A DNA stretch of 64,000 nt from contig CP089276.1 of assembly GCA_023920165.1 (NCBI GenBank), forward strand, positions 620,001-684,000, in the 5' to 3' direction. Position 1 is the stretch's first letter; each line of letters starts with the position of its first letter. Source of the DNA: Curvularia clavata. Its lineage: Eukaryota. The position numbers were made by a program, and so were the translations under genes. Positions 25,474 through 38,568 of the stretch are shown piece after piece. The notes below the pieces were generated by a model, which saw only the letters and a list, made by a program, of their open reading frames with translations, was not told where the DNA came from and made no database searches.

Positions 25474-26275
25474 ATGGCGGGTGGACACATGAAATACCGC
25501 CATCTCAGCCGGTCGTCAGCACACCGCCAGGCGCTCCTGCGGAACCTCGTCACATCGCTATTCAAGCACGAATCCATTGCGACAACATGGCACAAGGCAA
25601 AGGAAGCCCAACGGTTAGCTGAGAAACTGGTCACGCTTGGAAAGAAGAACACAGAGGCTTCCCGGCGGAGAGCAATGCAGATATTTTATGTATGGATTTT
25701 GGGAGCAGCGGCAATTGCAATGGCAAACTGACAAGCGTCAGGAACCGAACAAAATGGTACCCAAGCTGTTTGGACCGATAAGAGAGCGTTACGCCAGCAG
25801 GCCCGGCGGATACACCCGTGTTCTTCGCATTGAGCCTCTTAAGGAAGACCAGGCCGATTCCGCCATACTCGAACTTGTCGATGGACCCAAGGACATGCGC
25901 TTTGCGCTGACAGCAAAGACGTTAGCACGAAGGCCCGCAAAGCTGGGCCTAAGTCCAACACTGACGACACATGTCAAAAAGGTCACACAGTTTCGCGAAG
26001 GAGGCGTCGAGAGCCTGCGGGAGATGGTCCAGCGGCTGCGGATTGAGCAAGAAGAGGGCATGGACGAGAGGATACTACCGCCGCCTAGGAAGGTGTATCC
26101 CGAGGACAAGATGAAGAGGGAGATGCATTACTTTGAGGAAGTCGACTACTATAAGCCAGCCAACCCGATTAGGAGAAGGAATGCTAAAAAGGAGCTGACC
26201 GAGCAGCCCCAGGCGGAAGAAGTTGTGGTGGAAGAGCAGGTAGCGGCCCCAGAGACCAGGAAGGAAGTTTCATGA
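25474..26275 (+). CDS. MRPL8: Mitochondrial ribosomal protein bL17m
   Basis: KYRHLSRSSAHRQALLRNLVTSLFKHESIATTWHKAKE and RYASRPGGYTRVLR. One intron. Confidence 0.95.
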
Positions 26276-26402
26276 GGTTTCCGCAGCCTATGTATAACGT
26301 ATCAATGTGCAACATCACCTCGACACAGAGGTTCCATCTGCCATGGCAGCCAAGCCAGCCTGTGCTCGGATCTGAACATGTGGGGCGCAGCTGTTCCCAG
26401 AC

Positions 26403-26981
26403 TCACAACGCACCCGTGAATACACCATTTTGAAAGTCGACAACAGTTGCCTTCTCGACTACTTGGCTGGCTGCCTCTTTGAAGGCCTTGTGGGCTGGAT
26501 CGTCGTTGACATAGTAATCGCGATCTTGAATTGAGTCGAACTGCAAGACAAACGCGTGACTGATGCCATTCTATCAAAAGTGAGCATGAGAGGGGTACGT
26601 ATTTGGCCGGGTCAAGATACCTGGAGGTTCTCGGTCGAAATGTCCTTGCCGCCGGCCACGGACACGATGTAGGGCCTGGCTGTAGTTGGATGCACACACT
26701 GCTTGCTCAGGCCAAAGAAGCGCGACGTGATCTGTAAGCAACTAGACTTAGCCGTGTGGTCAGGCGTGCGGAGCCGCTATCATCACCTCCTTGATGGCAA
26801 AAGCACTGGTGCCCTGTTTGAACTGGAACAGGACGATGTGCGTGGTATACGGCACGACAGGCGCATGAGGCCCAAAGATGGACTCGGCAAGTGAGTGTCC
26901 CACGGTGCGCGAGAAGAGCACAAGACTGATGCTGAGCAGTAGCAGCAGGACCAGGCCCGACGTCTTGTTTGGTATTATCAT
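26403..26981 (-). CDS. Stress-responsive A/B barrel (Dabb) protein with N-terminal signal/anchor
   Basis: Spliced: THIVLFQFK, PYIVSVAGGKDISTENLQ-NGISHAFVLQFDSIQDRDYYVNDDPAHKAFK...VVDFQNGVF. Hydrophobic N-terminus. Confidence 0.85.
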
Positions 26982-27646
26982 GATCGCTGGGTGGCAGTAG
27001 CGCAGCCCGAGGCGGGCGAGGACATGCAGACTAGAGTTGTGGAGATACAAGTAAAAGCAAGGAATCGACGGCGCGACAGACCAGACGATGACAGCCGCGA
27101 GATTCCATTGTCTGGACGGCCAAAGGCAAGGTGTACATTGGACAAGCGCTATGCCTGTTCCAAGGCATTCAGCCGCCAGTCTGTGGCTGGAAGCGCAAGC
27201 GGGCAGCAGAGGTAAAAGACGGGGTATGGGTGGGCCCGAGCGCCCCTGTCTTCGGCCGGTTCCCCGCCTATTCTGCAGTGACGTACCTGATCGCCAGCAT
27301 CCCATCAACACCAACAAGTCACGACACGAAGCACGCTCCACGTCTGTCCCGTCATCCTTCCACGCTTTTCCTCGCAGCATGCTAAACACTGCGACTTAGT
27401 GGCGCCCCAGTCCAGACCCGCTACCAAGTGGGTTAGACGTGCGTCAATTGGCGACAGTGGGCGGGCTGCGGCCAGGTTCTGGTCCATCTGCTCACGATAG
27501 GTGGGGCCTTGGCAGATACGTCATGGCCATGTCAGGCGCAGACGATGCGAGTACAAAAAGAAGCTTGCGTCTCGTGCTGGACGACTATTCATCGACACTT
27601 CACTCCAATTCCACATACCCATCTCAAACTCACCTCATCAAACACA

Positions 27647-28265
27647 ATGGCTTCTCTTCACTGTACGTCTCTGCCTCTGCCCCGGTGCACACTGCGAGCA
27701 ATCATGCAATTGCGCCATTCCAGCCTCAATCACGACAAGAACATGCCACTGACAGCTCTCCGCTCATAGACCTTCCTCCCGTTAAGCCCTCGGCTATCGC
27801 CCTCGGCACTGCCTTCAACCACGCCGTCTCTCTGGCCGTCCTCGGTCCCATCTTCGGTGATGCCTACCGCCGCGCACAGCAAGCAAACTCCAAGGAGGAG
27901 TACTTCCACTCCAAGGAGGCTGCCACCGCTGCCGCCTCGTGGGGAAGCTCCATTGTCGGCTCCGGTATCCAGGCCTACGGTGTAGGCGCTCTCATCAACG
28001 CCACCGGCACCCTCACCTACAAGGGCGCCGCCTACCTCGGTTCTCTCATCTTCTTTGCTTCTGCCGCCCCATCGGTACGCCTTTCCATGATCCAGAGATT
28101 GGAGAAGCATATGAGCTAATTTTTCCACAGATCGTCTCCCAGATCGTCACCGAGAAGCGTCCCGTTGACACGATTGCCATTGGTGCTGTTGCCCGCGTCC
28201 TCGAGACTGTCGGCCTCAGCCTGTTCCTCACCTACTGGGGTACCCGCACCAACCCCTTTGACTAA
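27647..28265 (+). CDS. Conserved small membrane protein (DUF1761-like)
   Basis: Spliced MASLHYLPPVKPSAIALGTAFNH...YKGAAYLGSLIFFAS...LFLTYWGTRTNPFD. Strong C-ending codon bias. Two introns. Confidence 0.8.
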
Positions 28266-28668
28266 GCGCCTTTCCGTACATGTTTCCCCGTAACAAGGGC
28301 AACAAGGGTGTTTAGGGATTCTGCACCGTGTTCTACTGAGTGGGACATGAGTGCGGATGACATGAGCTTTTCTAAGCGATGAAAAAAAGCGGGATATGAG
28401 CTTTCTTTCTATGATGTAATAAATAGTATACCATCAATGAACAACTTAATTGCATTCCACAGCTGTCTTTGGAAATGTGTGATTTACGGCGTGATCTCTT
28501 GCAGCGTTCACGGGAAGAAAGTTGATGTCTAAGTGGTATTGTCTAGGCTAGAGCAAAGTAGGTATCGTTATCTAACAAGCCAAACTCCAAAGGTAAACAC
28601 AATCTCTGACACCAACACTAGGGTATACCATTCAACAACATTCCCGGTCTCAAACAAATCAAGACGCC

Positions 28669-31600
28669 TTACCTATTCCTCCACTCCCTCCAAGCCTGCA
28701 CAAACCCCCTTTCCTCACCGCCACTATACTCAGCAAAACCCCCTACCACTCCTCCACCCCGCTCACCCAGTCCCACAATCGGTACCATACTCGGTCTACC
28801 ATGCGCACACATGAACGGGAATACGCACTGCGCCAGCTTCGCCACCAACTCGTTACACGCTTCCAGACTGAGTTCGTCGTTGAACATGAGTGCCGAGCGG
28901 CAGGCGCGCGAATTGATAAGTTGGATGAGTGCGGGAGGGCAGGTGGATAGGCTTGTGACCCAATTGGTTTCCGGTGTCGATACTGTTGTTGCTTTTTCCT
29001 CTTTTCCCTTTTCTGATAGGAGGGGACGAGAGACAAGAGGGACAACACGGTCGTGCTCAGCATGCTCCCACACCGTTGATCGCAGCAGCGAGATGAGTAT
29101 CTTGGGGTCGGATATACATCTTTGTGCAACGGCGGGCGGAAGCGTAGTCACTGAAACGAGGGACTCGCGTTTGCTATCTTTCTGGGCTGACTGGGATAAG
29201 GAAGAAGAGATGTCGTAAAGAATGCCCCACGCAGCAAATCGGGCAGCGTGCGTGGTGAGGAGATATGCTTCTTGTGCGGAGATGGCAAAGGTGAGGGGTT
29301 TTTCGAGGGTAGTGGTTGCGACGCGGGAGTTGTGGCCGAGTTGGGATTGATAAGGCTTGGCGATGGAAGGCAAGGGGGTGCAGAGTTGCGAAAAGAGGGA
29401 TTCAACTTGCACACGTTCGTCGGCAGCGTGCTGGTCGACAAGGACGAGCATGTCGTTAATCTTTTGGTTGGGTCCCAGAGATGCGTTTTGCATCTTGACC
29501 AGGATAAATTTGTTGTCGACTTGCGATATGACCTTGGCGTTTTTCAGAGACTCTTTTGACAATCTGCTTGCACTACTGAGAGTGTTTGTATCAAACGCTG
29601 TGTCAGTGAGGCGCGAGCAATTGTGTTTGGCGAAGTCATGATTGTGGCTAAACCCGTCCCCATGAATCGGAATTTGCTCGATGCGCTGTTCACTGGGCTT
29701 GAAGACAGGATTCTCCCAGTTGCGTAATACTTCATCCAGCCAGGGGGTTTCCTTTGTCGCGGCTGTCGAAGGTCGGTTTGGCAAGCGGATTGACTTGCTT
29801 GCAGGTCTCTGATCCGTTCTGAATAGAGATGCAAAGGAATCAGTACTCAGCTGCGATTGAGCACCGGGTAAAACGCAACCTGTTCTGGCGTTGAGAAGGT
29901 AAGTCTTTCCAGTCGATGGATCTTTCCATGGTATCATGTCATCATTCTCCTTTTCGCTAGTATTTGGGTCGTCGCCTACTGGAGTAGGTCTGTCTTGCAT
30001 TTGATGTCCACTGAAGGCGCCTTGCGCGATGGGCTTTACTGATAGTGGGGCAGGAGATTCAATCTCAGTGGGATGCTGAACCTCTATACGGTCGTGTCCA
30101 TTTCTGCTTGTTTGATCTTTCGACTTCCGCCTTGTAGGAAGGTTGAAGAACTCAGACTTGCCGCTCTTGATGCGTGACCACTCTGCGAAGGCTCCACGGT
30201 GTGGCTTTCCAGGGAGGTCGTGCGAAGCCGAATCTTTCGAACGCTTCCTCTTCCGAGACACTGCACCTGAAGAGTTGCTTTTGAGCTTCTTTGACTGACT
30301 TGTCAAGGCCGAAGTGTCGCTCTCAGCAGCGTCACTAAACATCCTGGAAGCCGTGTTCGGAACTTCACGTCTCTTACGAGACTGGCGGGGCTGAAAATGG
30401 TGGACGACCAGCCATTGCTTTAGCATTGCTTCGATAATATCCATGGTGTTCTGCAAGCTCACTCGGTTGCCTACAAACTGGTCCTCGGACATGGCTGCCG
30501 CGTCGTCTTCCGCCAACGAAATACGGAGATGGAACATGGGGTATCGATCAACATCTTTCCGTGTCTTCAGCTGTCGATTGGTGTAGCCTTCCTTTTTGAA
30601 ACGCCCATCCGCTTGTCGCCGTCTCTTCTCCTGTTCATCCACGACGGCGTCGTCATCTATAGTACCGAAACTGGAGAGTGCAAAAATACGGTTCACATGG
30701 TCAAACAGCTCGTTGTGTCCACAATCGGGGGAAAGTGGCCTTGGGCCGAGAGATATGAATTGCACATGCTTGTTGGGGGCTGGATTCAGTGATATGGCGC
30801 CTTTGACAGAGATGGCCGAGGTTGAGGCCGAGGCGGGCACCCAGGACGACCATTCGTCAATGGCAATGTAGTCGGCCTGGGTCAAGACATTGAGAAGAGA
30901 ATGAAGCTGGGTTGGCTGTGCCTCGGCAGTGCTTTTGCCTATATCTACAGATACGCTTGGGCTAGACGTGTTGAGGTTGAGAACGGTTTTGTTGTCGCCA
31001 TCGCGGATACGCACAAAGACGGAGCCTTGCCAACCAAGGAGAAGGCCCACGATGTCGTGCTTCAGCCGCTCCCACAACTTGTCATGCTCGGTTTTCTGAG
31101 TCGTGACTATGGACCGCTGTTTCACTCGCACTGGCATGTTTCCAAACAGGTTTCGCACAGTAACACGGGTACCACTGCTGCCGTGGATCTCATGATGGGC
31201 CGAGGCCGGCAACAGCCGCTCGACGACCCTGGAGTGGTGGAAAGTAACGGCATTGTGGGAGCGGTACTCATGATGATGCGAGGCAATGGTCAAGAGGGAC
31301 ATGGCAGCAAGCGAGGCGAGAAAAGTGCCATGGCAGCCCAGCACGGGCTCGTTTGCATGGTATTTGGACGTACCTGCACCGGTCAATATCTAGCCTGGTG
31401 GCGACCAGCACAAAGACATACAGTAGAGCTTTCCCAGGCCACCGTCTTCAGCGAATTCGCGGGGGGAGATGCCCAGACCATTGTCCTCGACAACGCATGC
31501 TCCTCGCGTAAAGTCTACAGCGGCGTCCACCCTGGTGGCCTTTGCGTCGAGCGAGTTCTTGAGGAGCTCCAGCACGACGGCCGTCAGCGACACGATGGCG

Positions 31601-31671
31601 GTCGAAGAGGTGATCTGGGCGACCACGTCGTCGGGCAAGGGCAGTATGCTTCGCCCCGATGGAGTCGCCAT
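28669..31671 (-). CDS. MLH3: MutL-family mismatch repair / meiotic crossover endonuclease Mlh3
   Basis: GHKL motifs ELLKNSLDA, DNGLGI, TSKY and GTRVTVRNLFGNMPVR. QVDNKF, endonuclease motif DQHAADERVQVE, ACRSA and FPFMCAHGRPS. Alternative start at 31707. Confidence 0.93.
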
Positions 31672-32196
31672 GGCATGTCTGGGGTTGGTGGGAGTGATGG
31701 AGTTCATGACGTAGGGCGAGCGCACTCGTCGGCCGGCGTAGTGCCTGGTGACCCGTGGCTGGTCATGTCTGGGGCCACTGTGCGCGCAGTGGGGAGGCAA
31801 TCATGACGATCGACACAGGATACGCAATCGAGGAGAGTGGTGAAGCAGAGGGCGGCACGGCTGCTCAGCGCGGCGGGCGGCACTTGCGCTGGGGAAAGGG
31901 TCCAGCAGGTGGACATGCGAAGCACCCATTCGATTCATTGCTGGCCCAGGCAGAGACACAGTCAGACACGACGTCGACGTCGACACAGACGCAAACGCTT
32001 TCGCAGCCGCAGTCACGAGATATCAGACACGTCGCCCGCCCGCGTCGGCGCGTACATTGACAAAACACCACCCACGACATTCCGCCGCCCTCCACGTGCC
32101 TGACGACGCACCCGGAAAGTCGCGTCCCGCGCCCGCCCAGCCCAACGACTTGACTTCCTCACCACCGACGCTCTACTGTTTTTGGCACAAGACAGC

Positions 32197-33527
32197 ATGG
32201 CGACGGCCGAAGCAGCGTCGAGACCCCATGGTACGGTCGACTAGCCCAGCACAGCCTTGCCCCCGATTGCTTGACAAAACCCTCGCGCCCTGCCGCTCCT
32301 GCTCCTCTCCCTGCCCATTGAGTACGACCGACTGGCATGCTGACCAAGACCAAAGACCGCCATACGCGCAAGCGCCCCTTTGTCGGCTGGATGAAGCGGC
32401 TTGCCAACCTCAAGCCCTCATCCTCCGACGCCCCTAGCAAGAAGAACAACGCCAACAAGAAGCCCCCAGCCAAGAACAACCCCTACCCAGAGTCCGGCTA
32501 CATCAACACCAACACGCACGCCCCCGACGACAGCCTCTCCGTATCCACGCCCGCCACGCCGTGCTCCAATGGCAGCTCCGTCTCGCTTGACGAGGCCGCA
32601 GTCGGGCAGCGACAAGGAGTCGAGAAGAGCAACAAGTCAACCGCGCCCACCGTCGCAACCCTCCCCGAGACACTCAACTCGACACGCTCAAAGGCAGAGA
32701 CGGGCGGCAGCAACTTTGTCAACGGTGGCAGCACTTTCTCCTCACCCCACGGTTCCGAGCACTCCCTCACCACCACTTTGACTACCATCCAGTCCACCGC
32801 GCCCTCCAACGCACTCAACGTTGCCCAAACCCAGCACCACAACAATGCCGCGGCTTCCAATGCTCCGCCCGTACACTTTTCCCACCAGTTCCCCACCTCC
32901 CCACCGCCCCTTGCCATACCACCGCATATGGCAGCCCAGCAGCCCAATTCATACCAAGGCGCCACGGCAAACAACGTCCTGACCGACAATGCCTCGATTC
33001 TCACCCTGGCCTCTTCGTCCAAGCGCCGCCGCCGCAACTCGGTAGATACAAACGCATCTATGCGAGCTTTGGCTCCCTCGTCACATTACGGCGGCAGTCG
33101 CGAGTCGCTTCCCCTCAGTGTCCTCTCAGCCAACCCTGAAACCATCTATTCGCCCTCCAACAGGCCCAGCAATGTCGGCGCTTTTGTTAATGCAGAGCGT
33201 GCGAGCGTATATTCTGCTTCTGGTGTTACCGCCCCCGTCCTGTCTTCCGATCGCAATAGCTACTTCGCAAACAAGCAAACCGACGGCCTCAGTGTTCGCA
33301 GTGGGCTTCTCGGCCATGGACGCACTGATAGTATCAGCAGCATCCGAGCCACGCCCACCAGTCCTCTTGCCAGTCCGCGTGATCCCATGGGTCCTGCGCG
33401 CATCAGTCGTAAGAGTTCGGAATGGAAGGAAGCGAGAGAGGCCAGCGACGAGGACGAGGCACCTGCGAGTCCAATCGTAGAAGAGCATGAGCCCAAGTCC
33501 AAACCCAAGCGGGATTCTCAGACTTGA
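32197..33527 (+). CDS. Conserved fungal Ser/Thr-rich hypothetical protein
   Basis: Short exon MATAEAASRPH, then an intron ending at AAG 32355, joined to the 32337 ORF. Conserved-looking blocks WMKRLANLK and DNASILTLASSSKRRRRNSVDTNASMRALAPSS. Confidence 0.75.
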
Positions 33528-34426
33528 TTCTCTTCTTTCCTTTTCCTTATCGAGTCATGCGGCCAATGGGGTTTCCAATGCCGAAGGGTTTAGGCGTTCT
33601 TGGATTGCATGTCATGATATCCGGATTAGTAGCATGGAAATACGGTGGCGTTTTTCTTGGCAGTGGGATGGGAGGAACAGTTGTGTTGTGCTTTTCTCTT
33701 TGCATGTTTTTGCTTTGCTTCTATCATCTTATACCCTAGATTCGAATGAAGCTATTTCTTCCTCTGCAGTGACGTCTATGAAATGTATGGATTTGGGTAT
33801 GGATGTGTTATGTGCTACAGGAGGTTGTGAGGGACGCCACAGAAGAGGCTCTGTCTGATCTATAGGTGCGTGCGTTCCGCTTTCCACTTCCAACGCAGAA
33901 CGCTTTAATCGTAGTGATTGATACATCAAATGCTCTATCCTCGCCCTTCGAACTTTGCATGCAATCCAATCATTGGGTTTTACAAAAATGTCTTAACTTC
34001 CCGGTGTAAATGGTGCACATAAGCTCGGCCATGAAACGAAATAAGGAACCACGGCTATGAACAGAGTCAAATCTCCGTTCACACATTAGGACTTCCTCTG
34101 CCACCGAAGGAGCACAACTTGCATCCGTTTACGTCACAGATACACTTCTTGGCACGTACATCAGCGAAGCCAAGACTTTCTCCGCTGATGAGGTTCATTC
34201 CCGCGGTAGATCTGCATGCAGCTAACTGGAGAGGGGTTATTCAAGTCGGCTACTTCACAAACAGTGGACGACCATAACCGAGCATGTCAAAGTCACCCCG
34301 CGATTCGGGAGACGTTTGGCGGGGTACTATCATGATGGACTATAGAAGATGTTGGTTTGAACCTAGGAATGAACTAGGTTCAGTGGAATCGGCTCTGTGT
34401 CAATCATTCTTCTGCAGGAATTCATC

Positions 34427-36181
34427 ATGTCAATTAAAGAAAAGGATCTTGATGCTGAACGGAGAGAGCATGTAAATATCTCTTGGAATATGTTTTACAT
34501 TTACATACTGAATCTAGCAGATATCAGTCGAGAAACATCCCAGCAGCAAAGATGGCGACATCGACATCGAGCAGGCCCTGGATCAACCCCAAGATACTGA
34601 ACAATCACCCACAGATGACAAAGAAACCCGCCGCATCATTCGAAAAGTTGACCTCAGACTCCTTCCCACTCTCGCCGCTATCTACGCTTTTGCCCTAATC
34701 GACCGCGTCAACCTCCCAAATGTACGTTTGCCCCTTTCCCAAGCCATCACTATCTCTAAAAACGAACCAATCTAGGCGCGAATAGCAGGCATGGACGCCG
34801 ACCTCGGTCTCTCCATCGGCTCCCGCTACTCCATCCTTACCATGATCTTCTTCATCCCCTACATAATCTTCCAGTTCCCCGCCAACCTCATCATCCGCAA
34901 ACTGGGGCCTGCCGTGTGGCTTCCTTCGCTTGTCGTGGCCTGGGGCGCCGTCACCATCGGTATCGGCTTTACCAATACCTGGACGCAAGCGCTCGGCTGC
35001 CGCATTATACTCGGTGTCCTAGAAGCAGGATACTACCCCGGCTGCGTTTTCCTGCTCAGTTGCTGGTATGTGCGGTTTGAGGTGCAGAAGAGGTTTAGTG
35101 GATTTTATCTGCTTGCGTTGTTGGCGAGTGGGTTTTCGAATATACTGGCTTGGGGGCTAAGTGAGATGAAGGGGCTAGGAGGGTTGAATGGGTGGAGGTG
35201 GATTTTTGCAATTGTACTCGCTCCCTTTTCCCCACTCTTCTTCTAGGAAGTAGATGTTACTAACACACAACTCCCCCGCAGGAAGGCGCCATAACCATCC
35301 TCCTCGGCTTCATGGGATACATCACCATCATCGGGTTTCCTGATCAAGCCAGCCAACCTAGTCCCGTTACTAAACGCCGCTTCCTTACCCCCAGCGAAGC
35401 CAGCATCGTTCTCACTCGCATCCAGCGCGATAGAGGCGATGCCCACGCCGAAACCCTCACCTGGCGCCTCATCGCCACTCACCTGCGTGACTGGAAGATC
35501 TGGGAGTACGCCTGGCTGTACTTTCTCAACAATGTCGTTGCGTACAGCTGGGGCTACTTTCTCCCTATTATCCTGCGCTCAGATATGCGTTATTCCATTG
35601 CCATGTCGCAGATCCTGTCTTTTCCACCCTACGTCCTCGCCGCAGCGTGGATGTTTGTTACTGCGTGGGTTGCAGATAGGTACCGCATTCGCGGCGCAAT
35701 CATCGTGTTTAACTGCGCTTGGGCGGTTATCGGCGTGTGCATGATGGCGTTTTTGAAAACACCGCGGGTACGGTATGCGGGCGTGTTCTTGGGTGTCAGT
35801 GGCGCAAATGCAAATGTGCCGAGTATACTGAGTTATATGCATAACAACATAGTGGGCCAGATGAAGAGGAGTGTGGCGAGTGCGTTGTTGATAGGGGGTG
35901 GTGCGTGTGGTGGAATCGCGGCGTCGAATATCTTCAGACAACAGGATGCGCCGAGGTATCTGTATGTGACAGTTTCTCTTGTTCTTCTTGATGATTTTTT
36001 TGAATGAGTTAGTTCTGTGGCTGACTTTGTTAGACCCGCGATGGCTGTTGTCATCGCCACACAGGTTCTCAGCATACTGCATATATTCAAGAACTTCTTC
36101 GTGTACAGCCGGGCAAATCGACAGGCAGATCGAGGGGAGAGGATTCTAGAAGGCCAGGTCGGCTTCAGACAGACACTTTAA
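34427..36181 (+). CDS. MFS transporter, anion:cation symporter (Dal5/Tna1 allantoate/nicotinate-like) family
   Basis: RKVDLRLLP, LIDRVN, EAGYYPG, GWRWIF, FPDQA, ADRYRIRG and FRQQDAPRY. Four introns. Confidence 0.9.
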
Positions 36182-36354
36182 GCTTCTAGAGCCTAGCACC
36201 AAGACTCTCCTGATTTCAATATCAAAAAAAAGGGGGGGAGGTGTTAGAATACAACTGTTGTTGAGAAAAGTCGCTAGATGCTACGCTAGGCTATGCAATG
36301 CTATCAATCACATCTAAATGCTTTCGAGGCCAATTCTGTACTTACTACCTGCTT

Positions 36355-37725
36355 CTAGCCCATGATCCTCCTTCTCCTCCCGCTATCAACACTAACTGTA
36401 TTATCAGGTCCAATGCTGATACTCAAACTGCTGCTATCGTCTTCGCTCGGTGCCCTCCTCCTGTCTCCTCGTCTATCCACAGCTTGGCTCTTGCTCCGTT
36501 CCGGCTGGATAACAAGCCATGTCGAGCCGCCGCCGTCGTGCTCTTGCTCCATGAGTTGGAGTTGGGGTCCACCTCCCCTTTCGTCTCCTCTTCGCATCTC
36601 TCGGTCGCCACGCCTGATGTCGCTCTCGCTGTGTCCGCGATCATTTCGGCTGCGCTCGCGAGGCGGTTTGACTGCCTTCGGCGCTGGTGGCGGCGGGAAC
36701 AAAGAGTGGAATTTTGCTGTCTTGATGGGCAGCGAAGTGAGTGATTGTGGAAGGGGGAGGGACTCGATTAGTGTGAGTTTCTCAAGTGGAATATTGGTTA
36801 AGAGGGATGCGGGGAGATCGACGGGTGAACAGGCGACAATTGCATGGCGGAGATGCGTGTTCAGTGCGAAAAACGATAGGTTCTCTATTAAGGGGTCAAT
36901 GGTATTTCTCACTTTATCTGGCTGCATGTACGTACCTCTGACTTTTCTTCCTGCTCCGCCTTCTTTGCCAACTCCAGTATCGATCCAGTCAAAGCTTGTT
37001 ATTCTTCCACAGAACCCTGTGGAAAATGCGCGAAGTTGACCCAGGTTACGCACTTTTTCGAGTCTGACGAGGTAGTTCGCCATGCCTTCAAGGTTTGCAT
37101 ATACCCGTACAACAATGTCGAGCGAATCTGCATCTTCGAAAAGTTCTCGTAGGTATTCGCGAATCCGGAGGTTGAGCTCGTCGGCGAGGGATTCGCCGCC
37201 TTGGGCTTTGCGAGTGATGTACTTGTCTTGGAACTAAAAGGAATATCAGGTCACAGTTCTGAAACTATCTTTTCTTGAAGGGTGGTATACCAGAAAGCCA
37301 TCTGCATCAGCGTCTATAAGCACGAGCACGAAAGGTCGTTTTGCCTGCTGCTGTACTAACGCCTCCTCCTTTGCCTTTGCCTCGTCTATCTGGCTCTGCA
37401 TAGTCCGTGTTGTCTCGGCGATCTCCGCCTGTAGTGTTCGCCGGACATTCTGTTCAGACCCGAGATCGAGTTCGGTTTGTGCGAGGCGGGCTTCTGTCTT
37501 TTCCAGTTTGTCGAGCAGTTCCTAGTCAGGCTGTGAGTATTCAACAAGCCACATGATCGTAACAAAACTTCGGACAGTACGACAAAGGCAGTGAACAGGT
37601 ACACATACCTCGATAAGCTCGCATCTCTTCTCCTCGATGATCCTGAATTGCGCCAACCGCTCACGAAACGTCATCGGTGGTGGGGCAGTAGGCGGGCCAG
37701 CAACAACTAGTTCCGCCATGTTCAC
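36355..37725 (-). CDS. Hypothetical coiled-coil + alpha/beta domain protein, related to the N-terminal region of fungal CCCH-finger proteins but with no CCCH finger seen
   Basis: Spliced coiled coil, then RPFVLVLIDADADGFLFQD...GGESLADEL...IVVRVYANLEG...FDWIDTGVGKE. Three introns. Confidence 0.7.
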
Positions 37726-38568
37726 GGAAAACAGCCAGATATCACACAGTAGTTTCTAAGGACACAGTAGCTAGAGGAGTCGCAGAAAACCGGGGATCCT
37801 AATATTTAAAAAGACGCGTTGTTTTTGGGCTCCCACGCAGCGCTAAACTGGGCTGCTATGGGTATTCCCTCGCGGGCGTCGTGACCCCGCCAGAACCAAC
37901 GTAGCGAACGGTGATTGGCTACCAAGGTGGGGTGCGTTGGGCCGATATGGTGACTTGGGGTTGAAAAGTACCGTATTGTTACAGAGTGCAGAAGCATTCG
38001 TGAGTTGGCCATGTGCTTTTTAGATCGTGAAATAGGCGCGTGCGTCATCTCATGCGGCTCGCGCCGCAAATGGGTCTTGTGAGGAGGTGGGGTGATAGGC
38101 GTCTGTGGAGGGGTTGGATGTGCGCATTGGTTGCCGCCGCCTCTACATGACACCACACCAACTTTTGTTGTGAGCTGGTGGACTTTGACAACCCAATAAC
38201 ATGCTTCAGAGATTGCTCCCTGCATAAACAAGCGGTACAGTATATCGTCGGCTAATACTATTGGGCCTATGTATTGCCAAACCCCACGATCTGCAATATC
38301 AAATCAGGGGCTGATGTCTGGTCTCTGCTGGTCGACTCCCACCACATGAAAATTCACCGGTTCTTGCAGTGCTAACGCATGTCTGAGTACAGTTATGAAA
38401 TGACACGTTCGCGTCGAAAAGAATTTGAATTAAGACCTATACTTAGAGGAGAAAGGAAATGTCCAACGCCAACAGATAGCGCCCTCTCGAGACATCATAG
38501 AGCGCCCAAATCCAGCTGCGCCATAATACCATAATACCATAACATCACATCTATCAAGTTCCGGAAGT

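Noticed and set aside
31300..31570. Divergent MutL ATPase motifs in Mlh3 (ELLKN, GCHGTFLASL)
   Set aside because: Mlh3 proteins are known to be divergent here, and the endonuclease motif is intact. Not evidence of pseudogenisation.
30901..31806. 301-aa plus-strand ORF, and similar long antisense ORFs at 41590-42778, 51330-51980 and 61320-62141
   Set aside because: Antisense or alternate-frame shadows of real genes or GC-rich leaders, with no recognisable motifs.
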